NCBI GenBank assembly: GCA_963846425.1
Contig: CAWJVW010000002.1
Location: 265,667 to 329,666, forward strand
Direction of reading: 5' to 3'
Source: an uncultured Acidobacteriota bacterium
GTDB taxonomy: Bacteria; Acidobacteriota; Vicinamibacteria; Vicinamibacterales; UBA2999
Length of the DNA stretch: 64,000 nucleotides
In this document: positions 55,451 to 64,000 of the stretch, in pieces
Numbering within the stretch: position 1 is the first letter of the stretch
How the letters are laid out: every line of letters starts with the position of its first letter
The notes under the pieces: generated by a model
Databases searched by the model: none
What the model was told of the DNA's origin: nothing
What the model saw: only the letters and a program-made list of their open reading frames with translations
Program-made: the position numbers and the translations under genes

Positions 55451-57805
55451 ATGGGTGCAGCGGGATCAGCCCTGTCGCGACGACTGAGCGAAGTGGTCGG
55501 CGTTGCGCTCTTTGCAGCCGCTTTGATCTGGCTCATCGCCCTGGCGAGTTACGAGCCGAGGGACCCGGTATGGTTTTTCAGCACCGAGGCAGGTGCGCCG
55601 GCCAACTTCGTCGGTCGCGTAGGCGCGTTTCTCGCCGAGCTGTCGTTTCAGGTGCTCGGGTACGGCTCCTACCTCCTGCCAGGCGTGATTGCTGTGGCGG
55701 GCTGGCAATATTTCTGGTGCCGCCGGATGGAGGCGGTTTACACCAAGATCACGGGTGCTGTGCTCGTCCTGGCGTGCACGAGCGCGTTTCTGAGCCTGGC
55801 GCTTGGCAGTGTCGACCTTGGCGATCGACAGCTTCGCGCCGGGGGCTATGCAGGTGAGTTCATTGCCGGTTTCACGGCCGACTATTTGAGCCGCACGGGA
55901 TCGCTGATCGTCATCCTCACGCTCCTGTTCGTCGCCGTCATTCTCGCGACGCAGTTCTCATTCGGACGGTTTTTCAGCTCGGTCTTCCGCCTCGTGGCCG
56001 GCGCCGTGCAGTCCGCGTGGGTCGACTTTCGTCAGCGCGCCGAAGAGCGCCGCAAGACGCAGCAGCGGCTCGACGTGATCGCCAAGCATGTGAGGAAGGG
56101 GACCGCGCCGCCGGAACTGTTGAAGGCGGCTGTGGAACGCGCCGCGCGTCCGGAGCCGCCTGTGCGTGCAAAGGTATCGCCGCGAGTGGCTGAGGGTGAC
56201 GAGGACGAGGCTGCTCCGCGCGCCGGTACTGCCGCTGCGCGAATAACGCCGCCGGTCGTTCAGAAGCGAGCCAAAGCACCGGTCGCTTCGCCGTTGCCCC
56301 TCACCGATCCCGAGCCTATCAGCCGAGGACCCGCCGAACGACGACTGAGCGGCTACACGTTGCCACCTGCGGCACTGCTCGATCCGCCGAGAGCGGAGCG
56401 CAAGGTCGACGAGCGCGAGCTCATGGAGGCGGCGCGGTTGCTCGAAGAAAAATGCCGCGAGTTTGCCGTCGAGGGAGCGGTCGTTCAGATTCATCCTGGA
56501 CCCGTTGTCACGACCTTCGAGTTCAAACCCGATGCCGGGGTGAAGTACAGCAAGGTCACCAGCCTCGCCGACGATTTGTGCCTGGCGATGCAAGCCGAGT
56601 CGGTGCTGATCGAGCGCATCCCTGGCAAGTCCACAGTGGGCATCCAGATCCCGAATCCCAATCGCGAAGCCATTTCGCTCCGCGAGCTGCTCGAATCGGA
56701 CATTTATCAGCGGACGCCATCCAAGCTCACCGTCGCGCTGGGCAAGACAATCCACGGCGAGCCCTTCATGGCAGACCTGGCGACGATGCCCCACCTGTTG
56801 ATCGCGGGCTCGACCGGCACGGGCAAGTCCGTCGGCCTGAATGCCATGCTGACGAGCATTCTGTTTCGCGCAACGCCCGACGATGTGCGGCTGATCCTGA
56901 TCGATCCGAAGCGCCTGGAGCTCGGGATGTACGACGACATTCCACACTTGATGACGCCGGTCGTTGTCGATCCGAAAAAGGCCTCGAACGCGCTTCGCTG
57001 GGCCGTTCGCGAGATGGAGGAGCGGTACAAGACGCTCGCGGCGTTTGGCGTCCGCAATATCGAGCAGTACAACCGCAACATCCGGCAGATCATCGAGAGC
57101 AAAGAGGTGCCCGAGGGCGCGGAGCCCCCTCGTCCCCTGGCGTTCATCGTAGTTGTGGTCGACGAGCTTGCCGACTTGATGATGGTGGCCGGCAACGAGG
57201 TCGAGGAATCGATTGCGCGGCTGGCGCAAATGGCCCGCGCCGTTGGCATTCACCTCATTCTCGCCACACAGCGGCCGTCGGTGGATGTGATCACGGGATT
57301 GATCAAAGCCAATTTCCCGGCGCGCATCTCGTTCCGCGTGTCGTCGAAGATCGACTCGCGCACCATCCTCGACGGCAACGGCGCCGAGCAGCTGCTAGGC
57401 AAGGGCGACATGCTCTTTCTCCCGCCGGCCTCCTCACAGAAGCTGCGTCTCCATGGTCCGTACATCTCTGAACAGGAATCGGCGCGTCTTGCGAGCTTCT
57501 TGCGCAAACAAGGAAGGCCGGTTTACGACGAGACAATCACCGCCGAGGATAAGGCGAGCGGACCTGAAGGCATCGAGCTCGAGAAGGACGATCTCTACGA
57601 TGAGGCGGCTCGTATCGTGGTCGAGAGTGGGCAGGTCTCGATCTCGTACTTACAGCGAAAGATGCGGATTGGTTTCAGTCGGGCCGCGCGGCTCGTCGAC
57701 ATGATGGAAGCCGAGGGCCTGGTGTCCCCGGCCGTGGGCGGCAAGCCGCGCGAGGTGCTGGTTGGCCGCGAGTATTTCGAAGAAGTGGACGCGCAGCTGC
57801 GATAG
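55451..57805 (+). CDS. ftsK: DNA translocase FtsK
   Basis: Four N-terminal TM helices, a P/A-rich linker, motor domain with GSTGTGKS, and a gamma winged helix ISYLQRKMRIGFSRAARLVDMME. Confidence 0.95.
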   Translation: MGAAGSALSRRLSEVVGVALFAAALIWLIALASYEPRDPVWFFSTEAGAPANFVGRVGAFLAELSFQVLGYGSYLLPGVIAVAGWQYFWCRRMEAVYTKITGAVLVLACTSAFLSLALGSVDLGDRQLRAGGYAGEFIAGFTADYLSRTGSLIVILTLLFVAVILATQFSFGRFFSSVFRLVAGAVQSAWVDFRQRAEERRKTQQRLDVIAKHVRKGTAPPELLKAAVERAARPEPPVRAKVSPRVAEGDEDEAAPRAGTAAARITPPVVQKRAKAPVASPLPLTDPEPISRGPAERRLSGYTLPPAALLDPPRAERKVDERELMEAARLLEEKCREFAVEGAVVQIHPGPVVTTFEFKPDAGVKYSKVTSLADDLCLAMQAESVLIERIPGKSTVGIQIPNPNREAISLRELLESDIYQRTPSKLTVALGKTIHGEPFMADLATMPHLLIAGSTGTGKSVGLNAMLTSILFRATPDDVRLILIDPKRLELGMYDDIPHLMTPVVVDPKKASNALRWAVREMEERYKTLAAFGVRNIEQYNRNIRQIIESKEVPEGAEPPRPLAFIVVVVDELADLMMVAGNEVEESIARLAQMARAVGIHLILATQRPSVDVITGLIKANFPARISFRVSSKIDSRTILDGNGAEQLLGKGDMLFLPPASSQKLRLHGPYISEQESARLASFLRKQGRPVYDETITAEDKASGPEGIELEKDDLYDEAARIVVESGQVSISYLQRKMRIGFSRAARLVDMMEAEGLVSPAVGGKPREVLVGREYFEEVDAQLR

Positions 57806-57815
57806 CGGAGCACGA

Positions 57816-59573
57816 ATGATGACCGCGAGATTGACTCGGCTTGCCGGCGTGACAGCGCTCGGTGCGGTGCTCGGAGCGCTGATCCCCGCCGCGGCGCACG
57901 CGCAGACCGCGCGTACGCGCTATGAATCGGCGCAGGAACGCGACCAGAAGGCGCGCGCATTGCTTGACGGCGCCTCTGCGGACGCGGAAACGCGGGCGCA
58001 AATTCGAAAGGACGTTCGTGGGGTGATTGCCGCCTACGACGCGCTCGTGCGCCGCTACCCAATCAGCGGGTATTCGGACAACGCGCTGGCCAATGCGGCG
58101 GACCTTGCCGCGTTGTTGCACGAACGGTTTGGCGAGCCCGACGATCGCGAGACGGCGATCAGGTTCTATGAGAGGCTCGCCGCCGAGTATCCCGCGAGCT
58201 CGGTGCTCACGCGGACCGCGCCGGTGCTTGCGCGACTACGCGCGGCGGAGCCGTCGAATCCTCCCGCGCCACCGGCCTCATCCTCACGGGCGCGGCTGAC
58301 GGCGATCGAGCGCACAGTTCTGCCCGACGCCGTACGGATCACGCTGGCACTCGATCGCGAAGTGGCTTACCGCGAGGAAACGTTGTCGGGCCCCGCGCGT
58401 GTGTTCTTCGATTTGAAGGGTGTCGAGGCCGCGCCGGATCTGGTCGATGCCGTCCTTCGCTACCCGTCGGATGCCGTGCGCCAGATTCGGGTGGGACGCC
58501 ATCCGAACAGCACGGTGCGCGTGGTGCTCGATCTCGAGGGTGTGACGCGCCATAGCGCGTACGCCCTCTACAACCCTTTCCGCGTCGTCATTGACTGCGA
58601 ACCGGCGGTCGCTTCTGTCGCGAGAGCAGTCGCGCCACAACCCACGGTCGCTCCCGTCGAGAAAGCGATCGCACCACTGCCGGTTGCTCCGCTTGTCGAG
58701 CGGGCCGTTCGGCGTGAGCCCGAGCGCGAAGCCCCGCGACCAGCTCCGCGAGACAATCCGCCGCCCGCCTCGCCGGTCGAGGCACGACCGACGACACCTG
58801 TCGGTGCCGCGTCACCTCCGCCCGAGGGCGCAAACGCCAACAGCGCGGGAGGATTTTCGCTTGCTCGTCAACTTGGCCTCGGCGTTTCACGCATCGTCAT
58901 CGATCCGGGGCATGGCGGACATGATCCCGGTGCCCAAGTGAAGGGGCTCGATGAAGCGGATCTGACTCTGGACGTCGCACTTCGACTCGAAACACTGCTG
59001 CAGAACGAGCCGGGGGTTGAGGTGGTGTTGACACGTCGGACCAACGTCTACATTCCGCTCGAAGAACGGACCGCCATCGCCAATCGCGAAGGGGCCGATT
59101 TGTTCTTGTCGATTCATGCCAACGCCAGCCGCAACGCGTCGGCCCGTGGGGTTGAGACTTACTTCCTGAGCTTTGCTGCGACGCCCGAAGCCGAGGCTGT
59201 CGCAGCACGCGAGAACTCTGCACACGCAGGTGAAATGCACAAGCTGCCAGACATTATCAAGGCCATCGCACTCAATACGAAACTCGATGAGTCGAGGGAC
59301 CTTGCCGGGATGGTCCAGGAAGCGCTCGTGACCCGGCTTCGGCGATCGAATAAGAACGTGAGGAGCCTGGGCGTCAAGAAAGCGCCTTTCGTGGTGCTCA
59401 TCGGCGCCGGCATGCCCAGTGTCCTGGCCGAAGTGTCGTTCCTGACGAACAAGCAGGAGTTGCAGCTGCTCAAGAGCACGAGCTACAAGCAACGCATTGC
59501 CGAAGCGCTACATGCCGCGGTGATGCGCTACCGGCGGTCGCTGAAGGGACAAGGCACGATAGCGGCCCATTGA
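57816..59573 (+). CDS. N-acetylmuramoyl-L-alanine amidase (Amidase_3, AmiC-like), exported
   Basis: Signal peptide MMTARLTRLAGVTALGAVLGALIPAAAHA, AMIN-like middle region, catalytic domain VIDPGHGGHDPGA...SIHANA. Confidence 0.88.
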   Translation: MMTARLTRLAGVTALGAVLGALIPAAAHAQTARTRYESAQERDQKARALLDGASADAETRAQIRKDVRGVIAAYDALVRRYPISGYSDNALANAADLAALLHERFGEPDDRETAIRFYERLAAEYPASSVLTRTAPVLARLRAAEPSNPPAPPASSSRARLTAIERTVLPDAVRITLALDREVAYREETLSGPARVFFDLKGVEAAPDLVDAVLRYPSDAVRQIRVGRHPNSTVRVVLDLEGVTRHSAYALYNPFRVVIDCEPAVASVARAVAPQPTVAPVEKAIAPLPVAPLVERAVRREPEREAPRPAPRDNPPPASPVEARPTTPVGAASPPPEGANANSAGGFSLARQLGLGVSRIVIDPGHGGHDPGAQVKGLDEADLTLDVALRLETLLQNEPGVEVVLTRRTNVYIPLEERTAIANREGADLFLSIHANASRNASARGVETYFLSFAATPEAEAVAARENSAHAGEMHKLPDIIKAIALNTKLDESRDLAGMVQEALVTRLRRSNKNVRSLGVKKAPFVVLIGAGMPSVLAEVSFLTNKQELQLLKSTSYKQRIAEALHAAVMRYRRSLKGQGTIAAH

Positions 59574-59582
59574 CGGCGTCAG

Positions 59583-59822
59583 CTACTTGGCTCTGAAGAG
59601 ATTGTGTTCGCCGCCACGGGCTTCGATCGTCGTGGCGGGACGCCGGCGGCGGTACCAGATGAAGATCGCGCCGGCGGCAAAGCCGGCGATGATGGCCGCG
59701 GCCATGATGACGCCCGTCAGGCCGAACGCGGCGACGGCCACCTGAATCATATCGATACTGGACGCCGGTTCCTTGACCACCTCGATGATGGTGATCGGCT
59801 GCGCGGGGGTGGCATTCTGCAT
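59583..59822 (-). CDS. small single-pass membrane protein, hypothetical
   Basis: 79 aa with one TM helix followed by YRRRR. Its ATG overlaps the pepA stop (TAATG). Confidence 0.5.
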   Translation of the reverse strand: MQNATPAQPITIIEVVKEPASSIDMIQVAVAAFGLTGVIMAAAIIAGFAAGAIFIWYRRRRPATTIEARGGEHNLFRAK

Positions 59823-61315
59823 TACGGCCAGTTCTTACCCGCAGTCCTCGCAACTTCGACAAGCGTTCGAATCATCACCCCCGTGGCGCCCTTGGGTGTC
59901 CACGGCCGTGCCTCGTCGGCCCACGCGGTCCCGGCAATGTCCAGATGCGCCCACGGCGTCGTCCCCACGAACTCCTTGAGGAACATCGCTGCCGTAATCG
60001 CGCCCGCAGGGCGGCCAGGACTGTTCAGCATGTCCGCGATCTCGCTTTTCAACGATTCCTTGTAATCGTCGAACAGGGGCATGGGCCAGACGCGCTCACC
60101 AGCGCGATCCGCGGCCGCGCGAACGATCTCGACCCATGCATCGCTCCCAAACAGACCTGTTGCGACCTTGCCGAGGGCCACCACACAGGCTCCGGTGAGT
60201 GTGGCGACGTCAACCATATGCGTCGCACCAAGATGTTGTGCGTACCAGAGAGCGTCGCCGAGAATCAGCCGTCCCTCGGCGTCGGTGTTATTGACTTCAA
60301 CGGTTAGTCCGGAGGCGCCGCGAAGGACATCCCCCGGCTTGATCGCACGACCGCCCGGCATGTTCTCGGTCGACGGCACGATCGCCATGGCGCGAATCGG
60401 AAGACGTTCGAGGGCGATGGCGCGCAATGCGGCCATCACCGTGGCACCGCCGGCCATGTCGTCCTTCATTCGCTCCATGCCATCGGCCGGCTTGAGCGAA
60501 ATGCCTCCGGTGTCGAACGTGATGCCTTTCCCGATGAGGCCGAGCACAGGAGCGACGGGGGCGCCCACAGGCTCGTAGCGGGCGACGAGCAGCCTCGGCG
60601 GCTCGTCGCTCCCACGCGCGACGCCCAGGAGCAGCCCCATTCCGAGCTCCTCCATCCGGTGTTCGTCGAGGACTTCTGTCGTGACACCTGGTACTGCGAG
60701 CAGAGACTGGCCGCGATCGGCAAACTCGCGTGGCGTGAGCCGATTGCCCGGCTCGTTGATGAGGACGCGGGCGGCATTGATTGCTTCGCCCACTCGCCCA
60801 CCTCGGTGGACCGTCGTGCCCGCGTCCGCAGCAGGAGTCGAGACTTCCACGGCGCTCACGAAGAACCGGGGATCGTCGCGGGTCTTGTAATGCCCGTTGT
60901 CGTAATTCGCGAGCGTGACGCCCTCGACCAGCGCTTCAATCCACGGGCCGGACCACGACTTGTCCAACGCAAACGCGATCCGCGCGTGGCGATGCTGGCG
61001 CGCCGCGAGGCCGACGCAGGCGCCCGCGCGCCGGATCCGCTCGATTGTGACTTCGGCGCGAGGTCCCATGCCCACGGCGAGAAACCGGCGACGTCCGTTC
61101 CCGCCAACGACGGAGGCGATCCAGATCTCGCATACCTTGCCGTTGAACTCCCCGCGTTGAAAGGCAGAATTGAGCTCCCCGCCCGTCGCATCGTTGAGCC
61201 AGCCGAACTCGCCGTTATGGTCCTGTGGAACTGCGATCGCAACCAGATCGGCATCGATCTGTGTCGCCGCGACGCGGCTCGTGGTGAATTGAGGAATCTC
61301 GTACGCCGGATGCAT
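59822..61315 (-). CDS. pepA: leucyl aminopeptidase (M17)
   Basis: NTDAEGRLILGDAL signature and metal ligands. ATG 61315 preferred. The track ORF extends to TTG 61372. Confidence 0.92.
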   Translation of the reverse strand: MHPAYEIPQFTTSRVAATQIDADLVAIAVPQDHNGEFGWLNDATGGELNSAFQRGEFNGKVCEIWIASVVGGNGRRRFLAVGMGPRAEVTIERIRRAGACVGLAARQHRHARIAFALDKSWSGPWIEALVEGVTLANYDNGHYKTRDDPRFFVSAVEVSTPAADAGTTVHRGGRVGEAINAARVLINEPGNRLTPREFADRGQSLLAVPGVTTEVLDEHRMEELGMGLLLGVARGSDEPPRLLVARYEPVGAPVAPVLGLIGKGITFDTGGISLKPADGMERMKDDMAGGATVMAALRAIALERLPIRAMAIVPSTENMPGGRAIKPGDVLRGASGLTVEVNNTDAEGRLILGDALWYAQHLGATHMVDVATLTGACVVALGKVATGLFGSDAWVEIVRAAADRAGERVWPMPLFDDYKESLKSEIADMLNSPGRPAGAITAAMFLKEFVGTTPWAHLDIAGTAWADEARPWTPKGATGVMIRTLVEVARTAGKNWP

Positions 61316-61411
61316 CTCTCCCCGCTGGAGCAAAGGTAGCAACGGCCGCTCGCGCGAGCGCGCGACGGCCAAACGATTAAGTGTAGCAGGGGAAAGACGG
61401 TGTCCTGAAGC

Positions 61412-62467
61412 CTAACCGGCCACTTGGACAATTCCCGTCTGAGGGACGGGGGGGACCGGCGGGGGCGACGTGGACCAACGCCCGAAGCCTGTCATCAACG
61501 TCGCGCCCAGACCGATCGTCCACACGATGAATTCGATCAGGGCGCCCGTAAGCAGCACCGCCCACGCGCCAAATCGCAATGGATCCGGCGCGAGACCAAT
61601 CAAGCGTGACGCAAAGGTCGGCCCAATGACGAGCATCAGACCAATGGCGGTGGCAAGAAATGCGCTGTGGCCGCGCCATCCAAGGCGGTCCTCAACCCAT
61701 TCGCCGAGACGGCACGCGATGCCCGTGAATCCCAGGATCAGCGCCGCAAAGATGGTCAGAAACGCCACCGGCACGAGAAGCGCGACCAGCGGAATGCCGA
61801 TGATGGTCACGATGAGACCAATGCTGGCGATGATGAGGGCCGGAAGAAAGAGGATTTCGGTGGCCAGTCCCAGAAGAAAGGCGCGCCCTGGTTCGGCAGC
61901 CGCGGCCCTCCCCACACGCGCGACCGGAGCGCGGGCGACGATGAGGACCAATGCCATCAGAATGGCCAGCAGCGAAATACGGAACAACGCGCCGAACAGG
62001 CTGATCCATCGGCTGAAGTCACCGAAGTCCACCACTGGGAGGTAGAAGCCACCCCAGGACCACGACCCCCAATCTCCGAAACTGACATCGCTGACGCTCC
62101 CGCGCAATTGCGCTCCGTCAGCGCGCGAAAGGCGGCCGCCGACCAGGACCACGTCGCCGCGCACGTCGGATTCAGGGCCAAGCTCCACGTTGCCGCCCAC
62201 CACGACCACGCCATCACGCACGCGTCCATCAACGCGCAGCGAACCGCCAATGACAACAACGGCGTCAGTTACCTCTTCGTCGCGCGAGATCTGAATGCTG
62301 CGCCCAATCGCCACCCGCGACCCGGTGGTGCGATAGACCCGAGGCTGCTCCGGGGGCTGGCTCGTAGGGCTCGTCGTGCTTTGCGCCTGAGCGTTGGGGA
62401 TTGCGGCAGCGACTAGAAGCGCAAGCGCACTGACGTATAGGCCCGACCTGCTCGATACAGTGCGCAC
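61412..62467 (-). CDS. membrane protein with exported bactofilin-like beta-helix repeat domain and C-terminal polytopic region
   Basis: GTG 62467 has GGGAGG 4 nt upstream and is followed by a signal peptide (LYVSALALLVAAAIPNAQAQ). It has repeats of the GDVVLVGG / GVVVVGGNV type, then about 6 TM helices. Confidence 0.65.
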   Translation of the reverse strand: MRTVSSRSGLYVSALALLVAAAIPNAQAQSTTSPTSQPPEQPRVYRTTGSRVAIGRSIQISRDEEVTDAVVVIGGSLRVDGRVRDGVVVVGGNVELGPESDVRGDVVLVGGRLSRADGAQLRGSVSDVSFGDWGSWSWGGFYLPVVDFGDFSRWISLFGALFRISLLAILMALVLIVARAPVARVGRAAAAEPGRAFLLGLATEILFLPALIIASIGLIVTIIGIPLVALLVPVAFLTIFAALILGFTGIACRLGEWVEDRLGWRGHSAFLATAIGLMLVIGPTFASRLIGLAPDPLRFGAWAVLLTGALIEFIVWTIGLGATLMTGFGRWSTSPPPVPPVPQTGIVQVAG

Positions 62468-62483
62468 AATCCCTCCCAAACCT

Positions 62484-62587
62484 GAAGGCAAAGGCAGAAG
62501 ACGAAAGGCAAAATTCAACGCTCGCGACAGGGCCGACGCTTTAGGTTTTGCCTTCTGCCTTCTGCCTTCTGCCTTGTACCCTATGCC
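62484..62587. repeat. inverted pair of AAGGCAN heptamer arrays (62484-62513 and reverse complement 62546-62587)
   Basis: gaaggca aaggcag aagacga aaggcaa aa ... ttttgcc ttctgcc ttctgcc ttctgcc ttgtacc ctatgcc, between the JAMM stop and the next gene's RBS. Confidence 0.9.
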
Positions 62588-62601
62588 CGGCTTGCTTGCC
62601 C

Positions 62602-62997
62602 TTATGTGACACGGACGAGAGGCAGCGCGGCGAAGTTCCCGTCCGCCCATGTCCAAGCAGAGATCTCTGGAGGCTCGGTTGCGAGCCCGACGATGAGAAA
62701 GATGAAGTGGGTGAAGCCTTCGGCCGCGTCCGTCGCGGAGGGTGTGGCCGACGAGTGCGGATGCGAGTGGTAGACACCGATGACCTGGAGCGACCTCCGT
62801 CGCGCACGTCGGATGATGTCGAAGTATGCGTTCGGGTCTACGAGATAGCGCCGCTGAGGGCTTTCGGCGGCATTCGGCGTCGGGACGGCTTCGAGAATCT
62901 CCAGCTCATTGCCTAGCAGCAGGCCGCAGCATTCTGCCGGGTGGTCCTGCCGGGCGTGCGCGATGATGGCCGCCTCGACGTCTGTTGGCAACCTCAC
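62602..62997 (-). CDS. JAMM/MPN+ (Mov34) metalloprotease
   Basis: E...[14 protein letters not shown] matches the JAMM motif (E, HxHx7Sx2D). 4-nt overlap with the upstream thiolase gene. Confidence 0.85.
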   Translation of the reverse strand: MRLPTDVEAAIIAHARQDHPAECCGLLLGNELEILEAVPTPNAAESPQRRYLVDPNAYFDIIRRARRRSLQVIGVYHSHPHSSATPSATDAAEGFTHFIFLIVGLATEPPEISAWTWADGNFAALPLVRVT

Positions 62998-64000
62998 ACT
63001 TCAATCACCATTGCGATGCCCATACCGCCGCCGATGCACAAACTGGCGACGCCGCGGCCGCCGCCACGCTTCTTCAACGCGTAGATCAAAGTTGTCAACA
63101 CGCGGGCCCCACTCGCCCCAATTGGGTGGCCGAGCGCAATCGCGCCGCCGTGCACGTTGACTTTCCGTGGGTCAAGACCCAGCTCGCGCACGACGGCGAG
63201 CGACTGCGCGGCGAAAGCTTCGTTGAGCTCGAACAGGTCGACGGCAGCCGAGTCGAGACCGGCGCGCTCGAGGGCCTTTCGAACTGCTGACACCGGGCCA
63301 ATGCCCATCACCATTGGCTCAACCGCCGTGATTGCATACGAGAGAATGCGCGCAAGTCCGGCTCCACCAAGCGAGTCTGATCTCGCGAGTGACGTTACGA
63401 TCAATGCAGCAGCGCCGTCGTTGATGCCCGACGCATTGCCTGCCGTCACGCCGCCTTCCTTCTTGAACGCGGCCCGGAGAGCCGCGAGCTTGTCGGCGGT
63501 CGTACCCGCCCGCGGATACTCGTCGGTGTCGAACGAAAGCGGATCGCCTTTCTTCTGTGGCACCGGTACGGCAACGATCTCATCTCTGAAGGCTCCGGAC
63601 GCGATGGCCTCTGCGGCGCGGCGTTGACTCTCCGCCGCAAATCGGTCCTGCTCCTCGCGAGAAATTTGATACCGAGCCGCGACCTCCTCAGCGGTGAGGC
63701 CCATGTGACACAGGTGCATCGCGTCGGTCAGACCATCCAGAATCATCGTGTCAACAGTCTCCGAGTGACCCATGCGATAACCCCAGCGCGCACCCTTCAG
63801 CGCATACGGGGCGTTGGACATCGACTCGGTTCCCCCTGCCACGATGCAGTCGACAAATCCCATGCGGACGCCTTCAACGGCGTGCACGACCGCTTGCAGG
63901 CCCGATCCGCAAACACGGTTGACGGTCTCGGCCGGAACACTGACCGGGACACCGGCCTTGATGGACGCCTGACGCGCCACGTTCATTCCGGCGGCCCCCT
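62994..64000 (-). CDS. acetyl-CoA C-acetyltransferase (thiolase II), N-terminus beyond window edge
   Basis: Thiolase C-terminal signatures [17 protein letters not shown] and [10 protein letters not shown]. The ORF is open to base 64000. Confidence 0.9.
   Translation of the reverse strand, partial: GAAGMNVARQASIKAGVPVSVPAETVNRVCGSGLQAVVHAVEGVRMGFVDCIVAGGTESMSNAPYALKGARWGYRMGHSETVDTMILDGLTDAMHLCHMGLTAEEVAARYQISREEQDRFAAESQRRAAEAIASGAFRDEIVAVPVPQKKGDPLSFDTDEYPRAGTTADKLAALRAAFKKEGGVTAGNASGINDGAAALIVTSLARSDSLGGAGLARILSYAITAVEPMVMGIGPVSAVRKALERAGLDSAAVDLFELNEAFAAQSLAVVRELGLDPRKVNVHGGAIALGHPIGASGARVLTTLIYALKKRGGGRGVASLCIGGGMGIAMVIEV

Noticed and set aside
2470-62587. The repeat arrays as CRISPR loci
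   Set aside because: Units are 7-9 nt and directly abutting, with no unique spacers. There are no cas genes and no leader. They are incompatible with CRISPR architecture.

Overview
High-GC bacterial chromosomal segment. The gene content points to an Acidobacteriota-like soil bacterium: a PadR regulator next to an ADOP-type duplicated FtsX permease, a PSCyt1/DUF1549/DUF1553 plus DUF1501 pair, an S46 peptidase and two ECF sigma modules. I can support about 60 protein genes, nearly all housekeeping. They include surE, an NfeD-SPFH pair, truA, an hspR-cbpA-clpB-ftsH heat-shock cluster, rho, a recG-rsmD-coaD-aminotransferase-oxidase operon, lexA, an nth-metallopeptidase-rsmA operon, rnj, ftsK, an amidase and pepA. 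There is one tRNA-Pro(CGG). I saw no rRNA, CRISPR, transposase, integrase or phage genes. The most unusual signal is not a gene. At least 13 intergenic spacers are filled by arrays of 7-, 8- or 9-nt tandem repeats that fall into a few sequence families, and five occur as inverted array pairs that could fold into long hairpins. One array is read through as the C-terminal tail of endonuclease III. Other points worth a second look are a two-gene operon encoding a glutamine/leucine-repeat protein and a low-complexity BON-domain protein, and two genes (DUF1501 and a zincin-like peptidase) each broken by an apparent 1-nt insertion. There are also a HAIR-like operator at the hspR promoter, a palindromic direct repeat at the PadR promoter, and strong G-quadruplex motifs. 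Start codons were re-assessed against the ORF track. Several long track ORFs are fusions or antisense shadows typical of high-GC DNA.
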